Origin: Psammoneis japonica
Lineage: Eukaryota
Direction: 5' to 3'
DNA length: 64,000 bases
NCBI GenBank assembly: GCA_008632985.1
Contig: QPGO01000007.1
Location: forward strand, 744,001 to 808,000
A program made the translations under genes and the position numbers. The notes under the pieces were generated by a model that did not search any database, was not told the origin of the DNA, and saw nothing but the letters and a program-made list of their open reading frames with translations. Positions 25,501-35,251 of this stretch are shown here, piece by piece (position 1 is the stretch's first letter; each line of letters starts with the position of its first letter).

Positions 25501-28098
25501 TTTTTGTGCTGCGCCACACTGCAAGCATGGGCATGAAGTGGTCTGGGACTGCAAGCATGCCTTGGCCCTTGACAAGCGCAATGGCAACCTCAAGTGGGGA
25601 AGTGCAACAGATCTTGAGATGACTCAGCTTGGTGAGTGTGAGGTCTTCTTCCATGATTGTGGACACTGCAAGGATTCCAGCACCCCAGCAGGACACAAAA
25701 AGATTTGGCTGCACCTTGTCTGTGATGTCAAACATGACAGTGGGCACAAAGCACAACTTGTTGCCAATGGACACCTCACGGACACACCCATCAACAGTGT
25801 CCACTCTGGAGCAACAGTGCCCCTCCATGGCCTCCAACTGATGGTCTTTTCTCAGCCAAACTCAATGAGCTGGAGACATGGGTGACCAACATTGGCAATG
25901 CCCACCATGAAGCCATGACCAAGGAGAAACCGCACATTGTTGCAGGTCCCAAATTTGAAGAATTGGAAGGACACATCCTTGTCATCCACAAGGCTCTGCA
26001 TGGCTTCCACAGCTCTGGCAGCCTCCAATGGCTCAAACATTTTGCCAGTTGTCTGCAAGCTGAAGGATTCTTCCTGTGCCATGCCCAACCTGACATCTGG
26101 TGGCTGTGCCAGAATGGTGACCATTGCAAACATGTGGCAGTGCACGTGGATGACATGGCCTTTGCCATGAAAGATCCTCAGGCCTTTGTTGACACTCTCA
26201 CTGAGAAACACAAGTTCAAACTCAAAGGCACTGGACCATTGGAACTTCACCTTTGTTGCAACTTCTCACATGATTCCAGTGGCACACTGTGCCTTGCTCC
26301 TTGCAACTGCATTGAGAACATGGTCAAACTTGCACATGCCACTTTGGGGAGAATCCTTGCAGTGACGTGCTGTCCCCTCTTGAAAAGGGAGACCACCCTG
26401 AGCTCAACACCTTCAAACTGCTCCTGATGGCATCCATCTATTTCAGTTCTTGGTTGGTTCCCTGCAATGAGCTGCATCACTTGGTCACATTGACACCACT
26501 GCAGCCATCATGTCTCTCTCTCTGGCTTCTGCATGGCACCTTGTCAAGGCCACCTGGATCATGCCAAACATGTCTGTGGACACTTGTCCAAGATGCAACA
26601 TGGTGCCCTGTGTGTGCACACCAAGGAACCCAGCTGTTTGGACCTCCCCAAGCCTGTGTGTGGCTGGGCTCAAACCATGTGTGATGATGTGGAAGAGCTG
26701 CTTCCCGAAGACATGCCTGAGACTCTTGGCAAGTTTGTCACCACAACCCATTTTGTTGATGCAAACTTGTTCCATTGCATGCTCACTGGATGCTCCATCA
26801 TGGGCACCACTCATTTCCTCAACAAGTTTCTGGCTAAGAAACAGTCAAGACTGCAACTTGTGGATCTGAGTTCATTGCCACCAGGATGTGTGTTGAACAG
26901 ATCATTGATCTGTGCATCACGTTGTCTCATCTCGGCATCCCGACTCGTGACACCCGTTGCATGCTCAGGGACAGCAAGTCAGTTGTGGATGGTGCTGCTG
27001 TCCCACACTCCAAGTCACACAAACAACACACCACCCTCTTGTTCCATTGTGTGTTGAGGCAATTGCCTCTGGTTTCCTTGAGTTTCACTTCATTGAAGGT
27101 TCCCGCAACCCCGCTGACATTCTCTCAGCAAACAAAGGGGGTTGCTCCCAGGTTTGGAGCCTCCTCCATCCTCTCATGTTTTGGAACTTTGATCCTGGGG
27201 CCTTCAGCCAATCTAACTTGAAACCCATCTCTGTGGACTCCTCAAGCAAACTGGAAAGTGACTGGATTTAAACAAGATTTTAGTTCATCACACACATGAT
27301 TGTGTGTGCTCTTGGTTCAGCATGTGATGTGCGCACGATGCAGTTTGCTTTCAAGACACTCAGCTCACAAGAACAATGACAGCAACACCAACATCATGAC
27401 ACCAGTCTTTTGGCTCCTGCGATGGTTTCTGCATGGAGACTCATCTGCCATTTAGACAGCAGTGAGGAGTTGTTGTTTTCTTCCACCCGCTTTCTCTTCA
27501 TTTTCCATCATCTCTGCTCTCCACTTGCCCCCCTCTCCCAATGGAGACATTCATGTGACAAGACTGCAGTCAGCAACAGTGGTGGCAGCCAGCAGCAGCA
27601 GCAGTGGAAAGGAGGATGAGAGACATTGACACAACACTTGCTGTGGGGGGTGGTCAGCCCTCTTGTTGGCCTTGCCGCCGCTGGCCGCTGTTGTCACCAA
27701 CTTTTGGCTGGCCCCATCGTCTCTCTCCTGGCGGGCGGTTGTGTCTCCTCATTTTCTCATTCATCAGTGTGAAGGTTCACATCTGCAAGAAAAGGTGAGT
27801 AAACAAGTCTCAGGCAACACAGCTGAGGAAGTGATGGAAAGTGTTGTTGTGCGGCGATCAGATCGATTGAGATTGTCGATCGGCGGCTTCACTCGTGTCA
27901 TCGCTCATCTGTCATCTGCGCGCGCGTCAGGCCGCGAGGCACCGCGGCCGGGTACTCGTACCGTACCGTACATACGAGCATCGGGTGCAAAGGGATGATG
28001 AGGTTCGGCTTTCGCACTTCTACTCCTTATTCTCACTCATCACTCAAGTCACTCAGGCTTCTCCTTCCACAGGCTCAGTGCTCCTTCCAAACGTCATC

Positions 28099-29733
28099 AT
28101 GGACTTTGCCATCTTCGGAGAAGCGGAGACGGCTGCCAAAGCCGTGAATTCTTTAAATGGTTTCGCTCGGTTGTGGAAATTCAGGACCGGAAGTGACGAA
28201 GAACTCGACGAAGTATTCAGATACTTTGCTTATAATGCCACCTTTCAGTTTGACTCGCTCCAAGAACGCCTTGTCGATTTTGTCGTCTGCTACCGTGAAT
28301 TCTGTCCGGCTGATATTGACCGGCTTGATCCGAACAGCTGGCATACCTTGATGTTCTGTTTCTCCGCCTACAAGCATGGCTACGATGCTGGCTATCAAGA
28401 AATCTGCATGGTCGCCGCGGGATTGTGGGATATGCTGAAGAACACGGAGGAAGCTGACTTCCGAAAATGGCTTCAGTTCTTCATTTGGGCTCTAGCTGGT
28501 ACCTACTATGCAGCAGATGCCGGAGCAAAGGGTGAGCCGACTGTGAGCAAGTTGCTAGATCTGGACGAGTTTAGGGGTTCTTTACCTTTTGAGCAAGTCG
28601 TGGAGAAAGATCCTGGGTCGCATTTCGTGTTTATTTCGCACCGCTGGTTGGAAAAGCATCACCCCGACCCAGGAGGGGATCAGAAGGGCATCATAGTTGC
28701 TAGATGCGAGCGGGCGCAAAAGTTTTTGGACTATATTCTGGACCCGTCCACCATGCCCAATATCGCTGAATCCGATTTTGAGGCGACGCAGGGAGAGCTG
28801 GCAAACACCATTTTTGATGGTGAACTGCGTTGGTCAGTCTATTTCTTCGCCCGCTGTCAGCCCAAGTTACTCTTGTGGTATGACTATTACTCTGTTCCCC
28901 AAGGCGGTGATGTGGCTTCTAGAGAGTTGCGGGGTGCTTGTATGGCGGAGATTGCCCAGCTCTGTCGCTCCATGCCAGTTTTTGCAATCTCTTCTCCAGA
29001 CTATTTTGCGAGGGGTTGGTGTTTCTTTGAGAGTCTTCAGAGTCTTCTTGGGAATTCTGAACTACTTTTTTGCGAAAATGACCAGGCCTCTTCCAACAAT
29101 GTGACCATGCGAGAAGTTCTCAAGGACTGTTATGGTCGGTTTTGTAGAGAAATGGAGCAACGAAGATCTCCGAGCAATGTCTTGGCCACCCTTGGTATCG
29201 CTTGCACCAATGGATCGGACCTCGACTATCTTTCCGATATTCTCGAGAAGGATTCTGCCAAAGGGAATTATGGCATTACAACGTTCGGTTTCGTTGCTCA
29301 CCCCTATCTTACAGCGTACCGTAAGTTCATCCATGAGGTTGTCAGCCAGAGCGACAAGTCAAGCAATGAATGGGGTGCGTTGGTTAGTATGTTTGAATAT
29401 TTCCACGGCCGGGTAGTCAACTCAGTGCCAACGCCTGATGATACGATCGCACAAAGAGAGGAGATGGAGGAAGTGACATTGCGGTGGAACTATCCTGGAT
29501 ATGGCACAGCCTGCGTGTTGGAAATGAAGGAGGATTGGGAGAATGCACCAAGTTTTGCCGAAGATGTGCACTCGCTGTTTGAGCTCATGAAGGAAATGGC
29601 AAAAGAGAGTACTCTGGGTTTGTCAGTTTTGGAATTTGCAGACAATGAGTACCCCAGGTTTAAGGTACAGCTCGAAGAGGCTCTGGCTAGAACATCAGGG
29701 TTTCCAGTTCAGATTTGCACCAAGAATGAATAA
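28099..29733 (+). CDS. HET (heterokaryon-incompatibility)-like domain protein, intronless, 544 aa
   Basis: FVFISHRW...PDP, LWYDYYSVPQ, YFARGWCFFE and CTNGSD motifs; intact, Tyr-rich ORF. Confidence 0.75.
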   Translation: MDFAIFGEAETAAKAVNSLNGFARLWKFRTGSDEELDEVFRYFAYNATFQFDSLQERLVDFVVCYREFCPADIDRLDPNSWHTLMFCFSAYKHGYDAGYQEICMVAAGLWDMLKNTEEADFRKWLQFFIWALAGTYYAADAGAKGEPTVSKLLDLDEFRGSLPFEQVVEKDPGSHFVFISHRWLEKHHPDPGGDQKGIIVARCERAQKFLDYILDPSTMPNIAESDFEATQGELANTIFDGELRWSVYFFARCQPKLLLWYDYYSVPQGGDVASRELRGACMAEIAQLCRSMPVFAISSPDYFARGWCFFESLQSLLGNSELLFCENDQASSNNVTMREVLKDCYGRFCREMEQRRSPSNVLATLGIACTNGSDLDYLSDILEKDSAKGNYGITTFGFVAHPYLTAYRKFIHEVVSQSDKSSNEWGALVSMFEYFHGRVVNSVPTPDDTIAQREEMEEVTLRWNYPGYGTACVLEMKEDWENAPSFAEDVHSLFELMKEMAKESTLGLSVLEFADNEYPRFKVQLEEALARTSGFPVQICTKNE

Positions 29734-29899
29734 GAGCGGGAGATGCAAATCAGCTTACCATCTTGCAACTGTACATGATGGGCACGACATACCTGTCACG
29801 ACCTCTGCGTGCCGATTGATCAATTGATTGATCCACTGTTTCTATGTAGAATGCTAGAAATGTTTGCTTAGTAGAAAGCGTTGTCTACGAGAAAGTAAT

Positions 29900-31330
29900 C
29901 TGCATGACTGCACTGACAGGCTGGAGAGGAACCCCACTACAAACTGTCTTAACTACAAGATGGGTCCTGTGCCAACAGCAGCAGTGCTCCACACCCATCC
30001 GGTGGAAAATGGAGTTAGATCAATGGCAACTTGAGCAAGTCCTTTGTTGTTGTTTGGGCTGCAGGCATCAATGAACCAAATGCTGTCAATGGCCACGCTG
30101 GCCTGCATGGCCAGCATGGTTGGCATTTTGGCAAATGACAAATTGCTTGCCTGATCAATCCTCACAATGTGGTCTGCTGGCCATTTTCATGAATCACATG
30201 TGCATCCCCAGCTCCATGATCCAAGAAAGCTGCGGCAGTTCTAAGAACAAAGAACTCAACAAACTTGCCATTTTCATCACTGATGTCTCCCCCAGAGTTG
30301 GGAAAGATTTCCAAAATGATGACATTTTGGGAGGAGATCATCTGCTGATTGGAGAACTGCTTTGTGAGGTGGAAGGCAGCTCTGATGAAGAACAACAACT
30401 TGGTGAGGTGGAAGGTGCACTGCTCTGTGATGGAAAAGGCAGCACTGGCAGAGAAATGCTTGTTGAGGTGGAAGGGACAGTGCTTGGTGGTTTGGAAGGC
30501 TGCTCTGTCACAGTGCTGCTTAAAGAGGCAGAGTGCAGCTCTCATGGAAGACTGCTCTAAGAGGCAGAAGGTAGCTCCAGTCGACCGCTGCTTGGACAAG
30601 CAGAAAGAAGCTCTGATGGAGCACTGCTGGGAAAGGTGGAAGGCACTTTTGATGGACCAGTGCTTGGCAATGTGCTGGGATGATTCAGGGACAGAGAGGA
30701 CAAGGGCTGTTCTGACAAGACTTCATCATTGAGACTGCAGCTGAGGGCAGTTTGCACTCCAATGCCCAGTGCCCAGCAACTCTGGCACTGCAGATGACTC
30801 TTTTGAGCAGAAGAAGACATGCCGGTCAGCAAGCATGGAACTGGAAATGAAGGCCAGTGAAAGCAAGGCAGTTCCTCCAGCAATTTCTTGACTGGCATAG
30901 GTTGTCAGGTCCCACTCCACAAGCTGTTCATCTTCCATGGCCAAAATGGACACCACAGCCAAGGGAGTCATCCCATGTGCAGGCTTTGTCAACCAGGTCA
31001 TGAGCATGCTGATCTCATTCCACTCATCCTTCCACACAGCATCCAAGACCTCTTCTTTGAGGTCCACAGCAGCACCCAAGGAAACAATTGCATGTCAGAC
31101 TTTCAGCTCCACTCTTAAGAATCTTGACACCCAAAGTTGGTGGTTGTTTCTGAAGCTCCACCATGAGTGCAAGTGTCTGCTGCAGAGTGCAAGGTTGTTT
31201 GCCAGAGGAATGTCCACGAGAAGCTCAATCTTTGCTTGAAGCACCTTGTCTCAACATTTCTGAAAACTGATTTTGGTGAGCAGCCATTTCAAACATCCCA
31301 AATTGGCTGAAATCAACACAGCGACGCCTT
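29900..31330. mobile_element. Degenerate TpA/CpG-depleted repeat-derived block, unassigned
   Basis: Same compositional signature as the transposons; short repeated GEVEG-like units at 30350-30680. Confidence 0.4.
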
Positions 31331-31592
31331 CCAATTTGACGCTTCTTGTAATCTACGTGCAAAGATGATCTTGGTGAAGCTCCGCATCAGTGTTGAGAAC
31401 AACTAATTGCTGAAAGAGGTGGCAGCAGTGCATGTCTTACCTCTGCTGAAGAGCCTTTATAAAACCTAGAGTAAAATCATAATAACTTGAAAGTTTACTG
31501 ATACAAACCACTAATAGCTGGCTTAATGGATTGATACAGACACATCAACATGCATGAGTGATCTCCCGCAAGACCTTCATTCTACAAAAAGT

Positions 31593-33594
31593 TCAGTACA
31601 CTTCCACGTGCCATTGCTTGTTCTTCTTCAACCCCTTTAACCACTCATCGTAATCGATATTCTTCGATTTGGCGACACTTTGGAGCATGTCTTGGATACC
31701 AGGCATCATTCCCTTCAACCCGCAAAAGTAAATGTGGGCTCCATTCTCCAACTTTTCAAACACTTCATCAGCATACTCTTCGACCTTGTCTTGGATGTAC
31801 ATTTTGCCTCCTTTCTTGTTCTCTTGTTCACGCGAAAGAGCATAGTCAAGACGGAATTGATCAGGGTTGTTCTTCTTCACCTCTTGCCACTCGTCATCGT
31901 ACAAAAGAGCGTCGCTGTTGGCAACACCCAAGAACAACCATGCTTGTCCCTTGTAAGCATTCGCTGCAGGAGTGTCCTCTGTGAACAACCGACGCACAAA
32001 GCCACGGTAGGGAGCAATACCAGTTCCAGTAGCAACCATAATGTAATCCGTGTTGGGATCCTCCTCGGGCAAGAGCATGACCTTACCGGCGGGACCAGTC
32101 ATTTGCACTTGATCGCCTGGCTTGGTATCACAGAGGAAGTTGGAGCAGATACCCTTCTTGGCAGGGTCGTCGGCTTTCAACTCGGGGCACCAGTAAGTGG
32201 CACGACGGACGCAAAGACTTCCAGTTTTGCCAGACATATCATCACCGTAACGACTGGAAGCGATTGAGTAGAGACGGACCGAGTGAGGCTTTCCGTCCTT
32301 TTCACGGACACCTGGGGGGATGACACCCCATGACTGTCCTTCCCAGTAGGGAAACTTGCCCTTGTGGTCAATGACAATGTGACAGGTCTCTCCCGTTGCC
32401 TTGGGTCCAACAATTCGCTTGGTGGAGACAACCTTTCCGGTAAAGGGAGCCTTATTCTTGAAAACATTAACGGGAACGGTGGACTGGTCCCAGTAAGGGT
32501 CAGCTTCCAAGAAGTCCTGCTTTTTGGACCCTTTTACAAACTCACTACCGGTAATGAGAGCTAGGGCGGCGAGTGCGGCAAGCCCACCCTTTTTCCCCGC
32601 AAGGGTAATGGCAGACACAATCACACCGGCGGAAACGACACCGGTAAAAATAGAAGACAAGGCTACCGCTGTGGGCATACCCAAGAGAAAAGCACCCATT
32701 GCTCCCGTCCAAGCACCGGTTCCTGGAAGTGGAATACCGACAAAGGCAGCCAACGAAGCCCACTGTTTCTCTACTGAACCTACACCAAGACTTGCCGACT
32801 TTTCTTCTGCACGAGAAAGCATGGGAGCCATCAATTTTCTAATGGAACAGCATTATGGTGAGCAAGGTGCAAACAATATTTGCACACAAGGGTAAATAAA
32901 TAGCAAAAGCATCACTCCAAACGACTCACTTGAGCTTTTCATTGCGGAGCAGAAACATCAGGGGAACAATTGGCATCATGTTACCAATCACACAGGCTGG
33001 CAAGACTGTAGTGATGGGCAAGCCCATCCAAAAGCCTACAGGCACTGCACCACGAAGTTCGACTACGGGCAAGGCTGAAATAATTGCCAAAACTGCCACA
33101 TCGGGAAGGCCAAAGGACTGAAAGTACTGCGCAATCTTTTGTCCTACATGCAAATGTTCCGTCGAAGCACCGGCAGTCGCAGCTAGAGCGGGTCCAGTAC
33201 TGAGCAAAGTTAATGCACTAAACGCAAGAGCAGCCCGTGTAAAAATCTTCAATGTCGCCTTGCCAAACTTAAACTTCCTCGTTTTCGAAAAGGATGCTTC
33301 CGAAACATCTGAAGATTTCGTATAGAGCGGTCTAGTAACACTGACTCTATCGCTGATAGGAGAAAGAGCAGTCCGAGCAGCATTTACTCGATACACATTA
33401 CACGAATTGAACCTATTTAGGGGAAAAGCAACGACACAAGACGATTTTGGTGGTGAATGACACAAACAACATGACAGTCGCGCTAGCTAGCAACTACCCT
33501 ACGGATCAACATACCGCACAGAGGGACCTGAAGAAAAGGCATCTATCAAAGGCAGGCCCAGAGTCACAAAGGCGGCAAACGACAACAGCTTCAT
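31593..33594 (-). CDS. Plastid-targeted fusion of a 'small multi-drug export' type membrane domain and ferredoxin-NADP+ reductase; exons 33594-33515, 33412-32930, 32838-31593
   Basis: Presequence ...[40 protein letters not shown], then in the same exon [12 protein letters not shown]...WHVEVY, nearly identical to the FNR at 5501-6436. Confidence 0.85.
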
Positions 33595-33753
33595 CTTTCG
33601 TCTCCTTTTTGATGCGTCGCCTTGTCGATTGATGCCGATGTGCGGCCGCGGCATGGCGACTGAGCAACGAACGGCGGACGGTGGACTGCGGGCGTTTCGC
33701 GCAAACCCGGATGTCGTCTGGGACCAAATCCTGGAGCGGTTTTTGTTCCTTTG

Positions 33754-34451
33754 NNNNNNNNNNNNNNNNNNNNNNNNNNNNNNNNNNNNNNNNNNNNNNN
33801 NNNNNNNNNNNNNNNNNNNNNNNNNNNNNNNNNNNNNNNNNNNNNNNNNNNNNNNNNNNNNNNNNNNNNNNNNNNNNNNNNNNNNNNNNNNNNNNNNNNN
33901 NNNNNNNNNNNNNNNNNNNNNNNNNNNNNNNNNNNNNNNNNNNNNNNNNNNNNNNNNNNNNNNNNNNNNNNNNNNNNNNNNNNNNNNNNNNNNNNNNNNN
34001 NNNNNNNNNNNNNNNNNNNNNNNNNNNNNNNNNNNNNNNNNNNNNNNNNNNNNNNNNNNNNNNNNNNNNNNNNNNNNNNNNNNNNNNNNNNNNNNNNNNN
34101 NNNNNNNNNNNNNNNNNNNNNNNNNNNNNNNNNNNNNNNNNNNNNNNNNNNNNNNNNNNNNNNNNNNNNNNNNNNNNNNNNNNNNNNNNNNNNNNNNNNN
34201 NNNNNNNNNNNNNNNNNNNNNNNNNNNNNNNNNNNNNNNNNNNNNNNNNNNNNNNNNNNNNNNNNNNNNNNNNNNNNNNNNNNNNNNNNNNNNNNNNNNN
34301 NNNNNNNNNNNNNNNNNNNNNNNNNNNNNNNNNNNNNNNNNNNNNNNNNNNNNNNNNNNNNNNNNNNNNNNNNNNNNNNNNNNNNNNNNNNNNNNNNNNN
34401 NNNNNNNNNNNNNNNNNNNNNNNNNNNNNNNNNNNNNNNNNNNNNNNNNNN
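33754..34451. other. Assembly gap (N run)
   Basis: Run of n. Confidence 1.
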
Positions 34452-35251
34452 TTGGGAGCAACCCCAATGCTTGCTGAGAATGTCAGCAGGGTTGTGGGAG
34501 CCTTCGATGAAGTGGAGCTCAAGGCAACCAGAGGCAATTGCCTCACGCACACGGTGGAACGACAGTGCGGTGTGTCGCTTGTGTAACTTGGAGTGCGGGA
34601 TGGTGGCACTGTCTACAACCGACTTGTTGTCACCGAACATGTAACTGACATTGCGGATCGGGATGCCAAGGCAGCGCAGGGTGATGCGCAGGTCGACAAT
34701 CTGTTTGACACAAGTCCTTGCTGCAACAAATTCAGACCCGCAGGTCGCAGTCTCCAGGGTGGCTTGCTTCTTGGAGAACCAATCAGCCGGGAATTTGTTG
34801 AGGAAGTGGAGCATTCCCATGACAGAGCATCCAGTGAGCATGCAATGGTGCAAGTTTGCATCGACGTAGTGGGTGGCAGTGACGAACTTGCCAAGGGGCG
34901 GTGGAGCGTCCTTCGGGATCATCTCTTCTGCTTCGCCGCACACGGAATGCATCCATTCATGGGCCGGAGCAGGGAGATCTGAATGGTCGGGCTCTTCCGT
35001 ACAAATGCGGAGAGCGCCGTGTCGCATCTTGGAGAGGTGCCCACAGACGCGTTTGGCACGATCCAAGTGGCCTTGACGGGGTGCAGCTCGGAAGCTAGAG
35101 AGTGACATGGCGGCCGTGGCAATGTCAATTCGACCAAGAGACACTGCCCATTGGAGTGAACCAACAAGGGACTGGAACTTGTGAATGCCATCGGGCTCCA
35201 GCAGTTCGGAAGTGTCCAGTTCGGGGTGGTCGCCCTTCTCCAGAGGTGACA
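34452..35251 (-). mobile_element. Inverted Copia RT-end/RNase H fragment, paralogous to 42240-43040
   Basis: LSPLEKGDHPELD...WFSKKQATLETATCGSEF...NPADILSKHW on the minus strand. Confidence 0.92.

Larger units (their letters stand above)
18881..27510 (+). mobile_element. Old, heavily mutated full-length Ty1/Copia LTR retrotransposon. 5' LTR 18881-19125, 3' LTR 27259-27510; gag interrupted at about 20970-22690
   Basis: LTRs TGAC...TCA; imperfect 5-bp TSD (actct/tctct); PBS-like gattgacagtc after the 5' LTR; integrase/RT/RNase H remnants (HLVCDVKHD, IGNAH, KALHG, HVDD); colinear with the element at 35.25-43.4 kb. Confidence 0.9.
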
